Shown: positions 22,399-30,636, numbered from the stretch's first letter. The stretch is DNA of 32,000 nt from Acidothermus cellulolyticus 11B (GCF_000015025.1 NC_008578.1:1920001-1952000), one strand, 5' to 3'. Notes: generated by a model not told the origin, from the sequence alone. Numbers and translations: made by a program.

Positions 22399-24930
22399 AT
22401 GACGCTTCACGAAATTCAGCGCCCGGAAACACCAGGCGCGGAAACGCAGCGCCCCACGACGGCGGGCTGCGACATCCCGAACCGGGAAATCCTGGGATAC
22501 GGACCGTCCGGCCTGGAGACGTCCGGCCACGGGGCCGCGACCCCGGAGACGCCCGACCAACCGGCACTGGCGCGTCGTGTGCACATGCGAGTCCGGAAAC
22601 GTAACGGTGACACCGAGCCGGTCGACGTCAACAAAATCGTCCGCGCCGTCGAACGATGGGCCGACGACCTCACCGATGTCGACCCGCTGCGCGTTGCAAC
22701 CAAAACCATCAGCGGTTTGTATGACGGCGCGACGACAGCGGAGCTCGACCGGCTCTCCATCCAGACGGCGGCGGAACTCATCGCCGAGGAGCCGCAGTAC
22801 TCCAAGCTCGCCGCACGCCTTCTCGCGGCGTACATCGAAAAAGAGGTGCACAACCAGGGGATCGCCTCGTTCAGCCAATCGATTGCGTTAGGGCACGCCG
22901 AAGGGCTGATCGGCGACGAAACAGCCCGGTTCGTCAAGGACAACGCCCGGAAATTCGATTTCGCGATCGACCCGAAGGGCGACCAGCGGTTCGAGTATTT
23001 CGGACTCCGCACGGTGTACGACCGGTACCTGCTGCGGCACCCGACGAGCCGGCTCGTCATCGAGACTCCGCAGTATTTCCTGTTGCGGGTCGCGTGCGGT
23101 CTGGCCCGGACGCCTGCGGAGGCGATCGAGTTCTACCGGCTCATGTCGGAACTCGCCTACCTGCCGAGCAGCGCAACGCTGTTCAATTCCGGGACTCGGC
23201 ATCCGCAGATGTCCTCGTGCTATCTCGTCGACTCACCGCGCGATGAACTCGATTCCATTTACGCTCGCTACCACCAGGTGGCGCGGCTGTCGAAGTTCGC
23301 CGGCGGCATTGGGATCGGATTCTCACGGGTCCGTTCCCGGGGTGCGCTGATCCGGGGTACCAATGGGCATTCGAACGGCATCGTGCCTTTCTTGAAGACG
23401 CTCGACGCGTCGGTCGCCGCGGTCAACCAGGGCGGACGACGCAAGGGTGCGGCGTGTGTCTACCTCGAGCCGTGGCATCCCGACATCGAGGAATTCCTCG
23501 AACTGCGGGACAACACCGGGGAGGACGCCCGGCGCACATACAACCTGAATCTAGCGAATTGGATTCCCGACGAATTCATGCGCCGGGTCGAGGCCGACGA
23601 GCTCTGGTCGTTGATCGACCCGGATCAGGCCCCCGAGCTGGTCGACCTGTGGGGTGCTGACTTTGACGCCGCGTACCGGCGGGCGGAGGCGGAAGGCCGA
23701 TACGTGCGGCAGGTCCGGGCCCGGGACCTGTACGCAAAAATGATGCGCACCTTGGCGGAGACCGGCAACGGCTGGATGACGTTCAAGGACGCGTGCAACG
23801 CCAAGTGCAACCAGACCGGCCGTCCGGGGAACGTCGTCCATCTCTCCAACCTCTGCACGGAGATCGTTGAGGTGAATCGGGACGACGAAATAGCCGTCTG
23901 CAACCTCGGTTCAATCAATCTTGCCCGGCACGTCCGCGATGGCGCGGTGGATTGGGACCGGCTGCGCCGGACGGTGCAGATCGCCGTGCCGCTCCTCGAC
24001 CGGGTCGTCGACATCAATTTCTACCCGACGCCGGAGGCGGCCCGGTCCAATGAGAAGTGGCGGCCGATCGGACTCGGCGTGATGGGCCTGCAGGACGTCT
24101 TCTTCGCGCTCCGTCTCCCGTTCGATTCGGGTGAGGCCTTGGAGCTCTCCACCCGTATCGCCGAGGAGATTTATCTCACCGCGCTCGAGGTCTCTGCGGA
24201 ATTGGCGGCGGAGTACGGCCCGCATCCCGCCTTTCCGGAGACCCGGGCCGCCGCCGGCTACCTGCAGCCGGACCTGTGGGGGGTCACTCCGACCCAACAG
24301 GAGCGTTACGCCGCCATCAAGGAACGAATCGCGGCGGTCGGATTGCGGAATTCGCTGCTGATCGCCATCGCGCCGACGGCAACGATCGCGTCCATCGCCG
24401 GCTGTTACGAGAGCATCGAACCGATGGTGTCGAACCTCTTCAAACGAGAGACCCTGTCGGGTGAGTTTCTCCAGGTGAATACGGCGCTGGTCAACGAACT
24501 CAAGACCCGTGGTCTGTGGACCAAGGAGATCCGGGAAGCTATCAAGCGGGCTGACGGTTCGGTGCAGGGCCTGACGGTGCTGCCTGAGGAGGTGCGGCGC
24601 GTGTTCCGCACCGCGTGGGAGCTTCCGCAGAAGGCGCTCATCGATTTGGCCGCGGCGCGCGGTCCGTACATCGACCAGTCGCAATCGCTGAACCTCTTCA
24701 TGGCGGCGCCGACGATATCCAAGCTGTCGTCGATGTACCGCTATGCCTGGGCGTCCGGGCTCAAGACGACGTACTACCTGCGGTCGCGCCCGGCGACACG
24801 CATTCAACAGGCGACCGTGACGGTGACCTCGTCGGACGACGTCCGGGACGTCATGGCTAATCCGTCAACAAGTAAGCCGGCAACGAGTTGTTCCCTGGAA
24901 AATCCCGAGACCTGTGAGGTGTGCCAATGA
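22399..24930 (+). CDS. nrdA: Ribonucleoside-diphosphate reductase alpha subunit (class Ia type, with an ATP-cone)
   Basis: In track ORF 22297..24930. The ATG at 22399 follows the SD GGGAGG. Features present: ATP-cone VRKRNGDTEPVDVNKIVRAV; active-site contexts LSNLCTEI and CNLGSINL; a C-terminal CEVCQ redox pair. It is followed by a beta-subunit gene. Confidence 0.9.
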   Translation: MTLHEIQRPETPGAETQRPTTAGCDIPNREILGYGPSGLETSGHGAATPETPDQPALARRVHMRVRKRNGDTEPVDVNKIVRAVERWADDLTDVDPLRVATKTISGLYDGATTAELDRLSIQTAAELIAEEPQYSKLAARLLAAYIEKEVHNQGIASFSQSIALGHAEGLIGDETARFVKDNARKFDFAIDPKGDQRFEYFGLRTVYDRYLLRHPTSRLVIETPQYFLLRVACGLARTPAEAIEFYRLMSELAYLPSSATLFNSGTRHPQMSSCYLVDSPRDELDSIYARYHQVARLSKFAGGIGIGFSRVRSRGALIRGTNGHSNGIVPFLKTLDASVAAVNQGGRRKGAACVYLEPWHPDIEEFLELRDNTGEDARRTYNLNLANWIPDEFMRRVEADELWSLIDPDQAPELVDLWGADFDAAYRRAEAEGRYVRQVRARDLYAKMMRTLAETGNGWMTFKDACNAKCNQTGRPGNVVHLSNLCTEIVEVNRDDEIAVCNLGSINLARHVRDGAVDWDRLRRTVQIAVPLLDRVVDINFYPTPEAARSNEKWRPIGLGVMGLQDVFFALRLPFDSGEALELSTRIAEEIYLTALEVSAELAAEYGPHPAFPETRAAAGYLQPDLWGVTPTQQERYAAIKERIAAVGLRNSLLIAIAPTATIASIAGCYESIEPMVSNLFKRETLSGEFLQVNTALVNELKTRGLWTKEIREAIKRADGSVQGLTVLPEEVRRVFRTAWELPQKALIDLAAARGPYIDQSQSLNLFMAAPTISKLSSMYRYAWASGLKTTYYLRSRPATRIQQATVTVTSSDDVRDVMANPSTSKPATSCSLENPETCEVCQ

Positions 24931-25973
24931 CTACGAATCTGACCTTGCAGACCAATATCGCCGACCATGAACGGCACGCGCTGCTCGATCCGGGCATGGA
25001 CCTCACCCTGCGCCCGATGCGCTATCCCCACTTCTTCGAGCGGTTCAAGGCGGCCATCCGGAACACATGGACGGTCGAAGAGGTCGACCTGCATTCCGAC
25101 CTGGCCGATTTGCGCAAGCTCTCGCCGGCGGAACACCACTTGGTGAAGCGTTTGGTCGCGTTCTTCGCCACCGGTGACACGATTGTTGCGAACAACCTCG
25201 TGCTCAACCTGTATCAACACATCAACTCACCGGAGGCCCGCCTTTACCTCTCCCGGCAGTTGTTCGAGGAAGCCGTGCACGTGCAGTTCTACCTCGCGTT
25301 GCTCGACACCTACATTACCGACGAGAGGGAGAGGGCTGAGGCATTTGCGGCGATTGAGAACATTCCGTCGATCAAACGGAAGGCAGATTTCTGCTTCCGC
25401 TGGATCGACTCCATTTTCGATCTGCGTGAGCTCCGGACGGCGGCCGACCGGCGGTCGTTCCTGCTCAACCTCATCTGTTTCGCCGCATGCATTGAAGGAC
25501 TCTTCTTCTACGGAGCCTTCGCGTACGTGTATTTCCTCCGCTCGCGCGGGCTGCTCAATGGACTGGCATCCGGCACCAACTGGGTCTTCCGCGACGAGTC
25601 GATGCACATGGCGTTCGCCTTCGACGTCATTGACACGGTACGACGCGAGGAGCCGGAGCTTTTCGACGACGAATTAGCACGTCAGGCACGGGAGATGCTC
25701 GCCGAGGCGGTCGATTGTGAGACTCAGTTCGCTGAGGACCTGCTTGGGCAGGGCGTTCCGGGCATGTCGCTGGCCGACATGCGAAGCTATCTCGAGCACG
25801 TTGCGGACCGTCGCTGTGTGCAGCTTGGCCTCGAACCCATCTATGGTTCACCAAATCCCTTCACCTTCATGGAGCTGCAGGACGTGCAGGAGTTGTCGAA
25901 CTTCTTTGAGCGGCGGGTCGCGGCGTATCAAATCGGAGTGAGCGGCGAAGTCGCCTTCGACGAGGAGTTCTAG
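24927..25973 (+). CDS. nrdB: Ribonucleoside-diphosphate reductase beta subunit
   Basis: Track ORF 24921..25973. The ATG at 24927 overlaps the nrdA TGA stop (ATGA). Di-iron/ferritin-like motifs are present (EEAVHVQFY, FRDESMHM), and the C-terminal tail ends FDEEF. Confidence 0.9.
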   Translation: MTTNLTLQTNIADHERHALLDPGMDLTLRPMRYPHFFERFKAAIRNTWTVEEVDLHSDLADLRKLSPAEHHLVKRLVAFFATGDTIVANNLVLNLYQHINSPEARLYLSRQLFEEAVHVQFYLALLDTYITDERERAEAFAAIENIPSIKRKADFCFRWIDSIFDLRELRTAADRRSFLLNLICFAACIEGLFFYGAFAYVYFLRSRGLLNGLASGTNWVFRDESMHMAFAFDVIDTVRREEPELFDDELARQAREMLAEAVDCETQFAEDLLGQGVPGMSLADMRSYLEHVADRRCVQLGLEPIYGSPNPFTFMELQDVQELSNFFERRVAAYQIGVSGEVAFDEEF

Positions 25974-25988
25974 CCTGTCACACTACGC

Positions 25989-26037
25989 ATGGCGGCGGCG
26001 GGTCCGGCGGCCTTCCCGCTGGGCGTGCCGCCGCCAT
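25989..26037 (+). terminator. Long-loop hairpin just after nrdB (weak terminator candidate)
   Basis: The perfect 11-bp arms are ATGGCGGCGGC (25989-25999) and GCCGCCGCCAT (26027-26037), separated by a 27-nt loop. The sequence ttgcc follows. Confidence 0.3.
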
Positions 26038-26394
26038 TGCCGGCGGAGGGCTGGACGGGACGGGCGGAGCCACGAGCCCCAGGGTTAGGCCGTCCCCGCG
26101 ACCCGGGGTAGGCCCGCCGCAGACTCAGGGCTCGGCGAGCCGCGTGACTCAGCTCGCCGTCCTGTCTTTCTGCCGGCCGTCCCGTGTTTGTGTCGGCCAG
26201 GCATGGCTCGGGGTTTGACCGCTTAAGCGCGCTGGGTTAGACAAGACATGCGCCTGGCCGATGGGGCGATCGGCCAGGACAGGCTTAACCACGCCGGGTT
26301 CGACGGCAGATCAACGCACGCGCTCGGCTCGGTCATTGCGCAGCTCGACCGGCACACGGACCCGGCATCGGTCCGTTATCACCTGCTGGCCGCC

Positions 26395-26424
26395 TTGACA
26401 CTGGCCTGATTGGGTTCCTATTAT
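26395..26424 (+). promoter_or_regulatory. Near-consensus sigma-70/SigA-type promoter
   Basis: TTGACA (26395-26400), an 18-nt spacer, then TATTAT (26419-26424). Such an AT-rich match stands out in this GC-rich DNA. It points toward the small ORFs and the 26606 gene. Confidence 0.5.
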
Positions 26425-26460
26425 CGTGATCGCTTATGATCACGTAGGTCTGCCGTGATC
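26425..26460. promoter_or_regulatory. Palindromic operator candidate abutting the -10 element
   Basis: CGTGATC (26425-26431), then gcttat, then GATCACG (26438-26444) form a perfect 7-bp inverted repeat. A third CGTGATC half-site lies at 26454-26460. Confidence 0.4.
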
Positions 26461-26605
26461 TTTGGAGATGGAAGGATGTCTAGTCGGTCTTGTCGGTGCG
26501 CGAGCTGCGGCGGCTCTCAGTGTCGGCAAGTGTCTCGCGATCAAATCAGACCTCTACGTTTACGACTACCGCGGAAGCTACTGTAAGTAGAGGGGAAGGA
26601 TTACC

Positions 26606-26944
26606 GTGACCTACGCGCTTGTAGAAATGTCCACCGGAAACACGGTCGTCAAGCTCGTCGTCACCAACAGAGATGTGGTCTACTGGATCGCGCTTTTGCT
26701 GTTGGCGATTAGACTTGCCATACTCGAGTGGCGCTTGAACCCGGAGCCTATTAGGGCCCTCTACCTGACACTTCGGGACAGTCGCGCGATCCTTATCGGT
26801 GGTGCGATTGCGGCGATCATTTTCGCCTTAGTCGCGGTAGATGGCCATCCACTCGACGGTGCCCTGGCCGGCCTGTTCTGGGGCTACCTAGCAGCGCTCA
26901 TCGCGTACTCCATCCGCCACCGGCGTCGGCGGGCGGAACAATGA
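26606..26944 (+). CDS. Hypothetical 3-TM small membrane protein (112 aa)
   Basis: Track ORF. The GTG start is 5 nt after the SD GGGGAAGGA (26592-26600). GC3 is about 68% by eye. Hydrophobic segments: VVYWIALLLLAIRLAIL, AILIGGAIAAIIFALVAV and LAGLFWGYLAALIAYSI. The tail is basic (RHRRRRAEQ). I recognise no family. Confidence 0.55.
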   Translation: MTYALVEMSTGNTVVKLVVTNRDVVYWIALLLLAIRLAILEWRLNPEPIRALYLTLRDSRAILIGGAIAAIIFALVAVDGHPLDGALAGLFWGYLAALIAYSIRHRRRRAEQ

Positions 26945-27449
26945 GTCCGGGAAGAGGAGGGACGAACGTCAGTGCCAAGGCCAAGTTGGCCTTGGCACTA
27001 CTCTTTTGCGCCCGGTGCTCTCGGCCTCGCCGCCGCCCGTCAGCAGCATGAGCACGCGTCGCTAATTTTTTACCAGCTTCTCCTGGCAATCGCCTCGACG
27101 ATTGCATCATATGCAATATTAGTCCGCTATTTAGGCTCATCGTGCTCGTCCTTAGCAGACAGTACGAGGAGTGGTCACCACGGCAACGGCGACTTGCCAA
27201 CGCCGCCCTGTCCTGCTAGATCCTCGCCGCGACGGTGACGTTCTTGACGACGATGCCGCTTCGCCAGCACATAGCGATTCTCGTTTCCATGGCTGCTGCG
27301 ATAGTCACGCCGCTTGCTCCCGTCGATTGCTCCTCGCGCCGCACCTATCCCGCCAGCGCTAGGCCGGCCGATGCGCGGCGGTAGACGAACCGTCGCCCAT
27401 TGCAGTCGGGGTATAAGGCTTAGCCCAGCTGCCCATGATGCCTGATTAG

Positions 27450-28130
27450 ATGGTGCCGAGGCACCGGGGTGTGAGCGTCCGATCAGGCCGGCGCGCCGAC
27501 ACCTGGGCCGACGCCAGAGCCGCACTGGAGGCACCGTTGACCGGATACCGAATAGACGTGCTCCGCGCCGGGTTCACCAGCTCGGATTCGCAGAGCGTGG
27601 CGGCGGCGTGCACCATCACAGTGATCCAGGGTCAGAAGACAATTCTTGTCGACGTCGGAGCACCGTGGGAACGAGACCTCCTGATTGATCTGCTCAACGC
27701 CTACGGATTATCGGCGCACCAGGTCGATGTCGTCGTCTGCACCCACGGGCACTCCGACCACGTCGGGAACCTCAACCTCTTTCCCGACGCGCTCCTTATT
27801 GTTGGATACGACATCTGCCATCGCCGTGCATACCTGCCCCACCAGCTCTGGCGTGAGGACTTCGCCATTGACGGCGACGTGCACGTTACCGCGACGCCCG
27901 GCCACAGCGGCGAGGATGTCAGCGTTTTCGTTTCCACCGGCGATGGCCGGTACGCCGTCGTCGGTGACCTCTTCGAATGCGCCGACGACCTGGCCAATGA
28001 GACCCTTTGGCGCGAACACAGCCGGTTCCCCGCTGCTCAAGAACAGCACCGTGCGCGGGTGCTGCGCTACGCCGACCTCATCATTCCGGGCCACGGGCCG
28101 TCGTTTCCGGGCCGAGCCGCGGGCGGGTAA
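27450..28130 (+). CDS. MBL-fold metallo-hydrolase, MBLAC1-like
   Basis: Track ORF of 226 aa: ILVDVGAPWERDLLIDLLNAYGLSAHQVDVVVCTHGHSDHVGNLNLFPDALLIVGYD...VTATPGHSGEDVSVFV...VVGDLFE...PAAQEQHRARVLRYADLIIPGHGPSF. It carries the HxHxDH motif. Alternative starts are the GTG at 27471 and the TTG at 27537; the latter lies 5 nt after GGAGG. Confidence 0.85.
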   Translation: MVPRHRGVSVRSGRRADTWADARAALEAPLTGYRIDVLRAGFTSSDSQSVAAACTITVIQGQKTILVDVGAPWERDLLIDLLNAYGLSAHQVDVVVCTHGHSDHVGNLNLFPDALLIVGYDICHRRAYLPHQLWREDFAIDGDVHVTATPGHSGEDVSVFVSTGDGRYAVVGDLFECADDLANETLWREHSRFPAAQEQHRARVLRYADLIIPGHGPSFPGRAAGG

Positions 28131-28388
28131 GGAATGGGAGCTGCGCGCGGGTAAGGAATACCGCCCAAGGAGCGATGGCAGCAGAAGCAGTCCCGGATCC
28201 CGCGTTTCGTCAGGATCGGTTTACGCGAGACAAGACACCAAATGACGCTCGCACTGTCGACGATTTCGTACCATATTTGGCGGCACCGTGATTGAACCGC
28301 CCACAGTAACCATAGCCGCGATACACCGCAGCTCGACGACGGACTTCTCCAAAGAATCGCACCCGAATCCAAGAGTCCGAGATACTCG

Positions 28389-28761
28389 TGGAGGTGCCGG
28401 GAATCGAACCCGGGTCCTTCGGCGTGGAGAGTGGGCTTCTCCGGGCGCAGCCTGCCTACGTCCTACTCGCCCAGGCGGTCTTGCAGGCCAGCCGCCTCGA
28501 CGGGCACAGCTGCTGTGCGATTTCCCGCCGGACCCCGCAGCCGGGTCCGCCGGTTGAGCCTCCTACCGATGCCAGCATCCGGGCCGGAGGCGATCCCGGG
28601 CTGACAGACTTCGGCTCTCCCTTACTTATGCAGCAAGGGCGAAGTCAGCGCGACTACTGTTGGCGCTTATTTTTTCGCAGCGCATGGTTAACGAGATCAT
28701 CGCTGCCTTCCTCGGCCCGCTTCCCCAGTCTTCACGACCGAAGTCGAGACCTGTCACCCCC
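28389..28761 (-). ncRNA. ssrA: tmRNA (transfer-messenger RNA)
   Basis: On the minus strand, the 5' end GGGGGTGACAGGTCTCGAC pairs with the 3' end ...GGACCCGGGTTCGATTCCCGGCACCTCCA. This gives the acceptor stem GGGGGTG/CACCTCC with the G3-U pair and a tRNA-like T-arm. The tag ORF follows AAAATAAGC: GCC AAC AGT AGT CGC GCT GAC TTC GCC CTT GCT GCA TAA, which reads ANSSRADFALAA (28664-28626). Length is about 373 nt, and the gene lies next to smpB. Confidence 0.93.
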
Positions 28762-28822
28762 TATGGAGTTGTCGCCGTATCAGTGTAACGATGCGCGCCG
28801 AGCCGTGTTCCCGATCACGGCC

Positions 28823-28904
28823 ACTGCCTCCCGGGCCCGCCGTCCGGACCACGTCGCCGGGCCGTCAAATCCCCACTGCCCCCGGGCCGCCGCCGTCCGG
28901 ACCA
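28823..28904. repeat. Two copies of a roughly 29-bp GC-rich motif between smpB and ssrA
   Basis: The copies are actgcctcccgggcccgccgtccggacca (28823-28851) and actgcccccgggccgccgccgtccggacca (28875-28904). Confidence 0.7.
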
Positions 28905-28960
28905 GCCCCGGGACCGCCGCCGCCCGGGCCTCGGCCCTCCTGGGACCGCCGGGCTGCTGA

Positions 28961-29440
28961 TCACATGCGGTGTCCCTTGACCCGCCGCCCTAGCGCGCGC
29001 GCAATCTCCCGCTGCGCATGCCGTTCCGCCAACGCTTGCCGCTTGTCGTACGCGCGCTTCCCACGCGCCAGCGCAAGTTCGACTTTCGCCTTCCCGTCCC
29101 GGAAATACAACGACAGCGGCACCAGGGTCAGTCCGGTCTCCCGAGTCTTGCCCAGCAGGCGCAAGATTTCCCGCTTGTGCAAAAGCAGTTTCCGCGGCCG
29201 GCGTGGTTCGTGATTGGTCCAGCTCCCCTCGGCGTACTCGGGGATATGCACATTCTGCAGCCAGACTTCCCCGTCCTTGATCAATGCGAAGCCATCCACG
29301 AGCGAGGCGCGGCCGGCGCGCAACGACTTGACCTCCGTGCCGGTGAGAACGATGCCGGCCTCGTAGGTGTCCTCAATGTGGTAGTCGTGCCGAGCTTTCT
29401 TGTTGCTCGCGATGAGCTTGCGACCACTCTCCCGGGCCAT
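28961..29440 (-). CDS. smpB: SsrA-binding protein SmpB
   Basis: In track ORF 28961..29449(-). The ATG at 29440 gives [52 protein letters not shown]...[16 protein letters not shown]. It starts 6 nt after the stop of the upstream peptidase gene. Confidence 0.93.
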   Translation of the reverse strand: MARESGRKLIASNKKARHDYHIEDTYEAGIVLTGTEVKSLRAGRASLVDGFALIKDGEVWLQNVHIPEYAEGSWTNHEPRRPRKLLLHKREILRLLGKTRETGLTLVPLSLYFRDGKAKVELALARGKRAYDKRQALAERHAQREIARALGRRVKGHRM

Positions 29441-29445
29441 TTCGA

Positions 29446-30636
29446 TCAACCGTGTCCACTCGTACCCGCGTTGGCGAGCAACCCGGATATGACGTCGACA
29501 GCCTCCTCGAGCGCCAGCGACGGCGGAGCATTCGCCGCGACCGGGACATCCGGCTGCACCCCAACCCCGTCGAGGGAACGTCCCGCCGGCGTGAGATACG
29601 TGCCGACGGTGAACTCGATCGCCGAGCCGTCGGCCAACGGAATCGGCTGCTGCACCGACCCCTTGCCGAAGGTCGGGCTGCCGACCACCACCGCCCGTTG
29701 CCGGTCCTGCAGCGCACCGGCGACGATCTCCGCGGCGCTCGCCGTCCCCCCATCCACGAGAACAGCCAGCGGCGTCGCGATGTCGCCCCCTGGGGCAGCC
29801 TTGAGCGCGACCGGCTGAGCGCCGCGTCGTACGAACGTGGCCACCAGGCCGCCGTCAAGAAACACCGATGCCGTCTGGACCCCCTCTTCGAGCAGGCCGC
29901 CGGGATTCCCCCGCAAATCCAGCACAATCCCGCGGTCCCGTTGGGTCCGCGCCAGCGAATCCAACGCGCGAACCCGGTTGGCGACGCCACGACTGAACGC
30001 ACTCACCTTGATGATCATGACTCCGTTCTGTGTGGCAGCCGTGACATCCTCACTCGCCACCGCGCTCCGCCGCATCGTCACCGTGCGGACGACGTCACCA
30101 CGCCGGTAGGTGAGGGTGACCGTCGTCCCGGCATCGCCACGGAGCGCGGTCACGACATCGGCAATCGACCGCCCGGCAACCGGGACGCCGCCGACGGCAA
30201 GAACGACGTCCCCGCTGCGCACACCGGCTCGATCCGCCGGTGAACCCGCCTGCACGTTGAGAACGGTCACCGCACCGGACGCATCACGGTGCACCCACAA
30301 ACCGACACCGGTGTATTGACCATTCATGACATTTTCGAACGAGGCAAAATCCGCCGCGGAATAATAGCTGGACCATTTGTCGTCCAGCGCGTCGAGCATT
30401 CCGCGGATAGCGGAGCGATCGAGCTCGTCCGCCGTGACCGGTTTCGCGGCGTTGCGCAGAATTGTCTGTTCCACCTGGTCCAGAAAGCCGGGGGAACTAG
30501 GCGCGGCGGCCGGTCGCTGCGGGGCGGAACCGCTGCTCCCGAGAACGCCGGTCACCACACCGGCGCTATAGATCGAGGCAAGCGCGAGAACCGCGCCCCC
30601 GATACGAACCCATCGTGAACGACGCGAGATCCGCAC
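29446..30636 (-). CDS. S41-family C-terminal processing peptidase with a PDZ domain
   Basis: Track ORF of 396 aa with a GTG start. It has an N-terminal TM anchor ([20 protein letters not shown]), a PDZ segment ([20 protein letters not shown]), the sequence [11 protein letters not shown], the catalytic Ser context [16 protein letters not shown], and the Lys context PTFGKGSVQ. Confidence 0.9.
   Translation of the reverse strand: MRISRRSRWVRIGGAVLALASIYSAGVVTGVLGSSGSAPQRPAAAPSSPGFLDQVEQTILRNAAKPVTADELDRSAIRGMLDALDDKWSSYYSAADFASFENVMNGQYTGVGLWVHRDASGAVTVLNVQAGSPADRAGVRSGDVVLAVGGVPVAGRSIADVVTALRGDAGTTVTLTYRRGDVVRTVTMRRSAVASEDVTAATQNGVMIIKVSAFSRGVANRVRALDSLARTQRDRGIVLDLRGNPGGLLEEGVQTASVFLDGGLVATFVRRGAQPVALKAAPGGDIATPLAVLVDGGTASAAEIVAGALQDRQRAVVVGSPTFGKGSVQQPIPLADGSAIEFTVGTYLTPAGRSLDGVGVQPDVPVAANAPPSLALEEAVDVISGLLANAGTSGHG

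Noticed and set aside
18686-22878. Minus-strand ORFs 18686..19519 and 22045..22878, which share a similar peptide (S.SPLRGSPGF.PGSLLAR)
   Set aside because: The shared peptide is the antisense translation of the two cobalamin riboswitch cores. It reflects RNA-element paralogy and is not a protein family.
26081-26290. IdeR/DtxR iron-box resemblance (GGTTAGGC, GGTTAGAC, GGCTTAACC)
   Set aside because: These are only isolated half-site-like fragments. No 19-bp TTAGGTTAGGCTAACCTAA-type palindrome with correct spacing is present.
26293-26305. tRNA-like T-loop sequence (GCCGGGTTCGACGG)
   Set aside because: The flanking bases cannot form a T-stem, an acceptor stem or an anticodon arm. It is also in the opposite orientation to ssrA, so it is neither a tRNA gene nor an att duplicate.
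27175-27534. 119-aa minus-strand ORF upstream of and overlapping the MBL hydrolase start
   Set aside because: The composition is typical of an off-frame shadow (runs of R, P and G). There is no SD, and it overlaps the 5' end of a well-supported gene.
28175-28291. 38-codon ORF (MAAEAVPDPAFRQDRFTRDKTPNDARTVDDFVPYLAAP) preceded by AAGGAG
   Set aside because: The SD-to-ATG spacing is only 2 nt, the peptide has no recognisable features, and it lies in the short spacer next to ssrA. There is not enough evidence to call a gene.
25974-28388. Bona fide prophage or integrative element at the tmRNA gene
   Set aside because: I could recognise no integrase, excisionase, phage or conjugation genes, and there is no direct repeat of the tmRNA 3' terminus. 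The region is kept only as an atypical region of interest.
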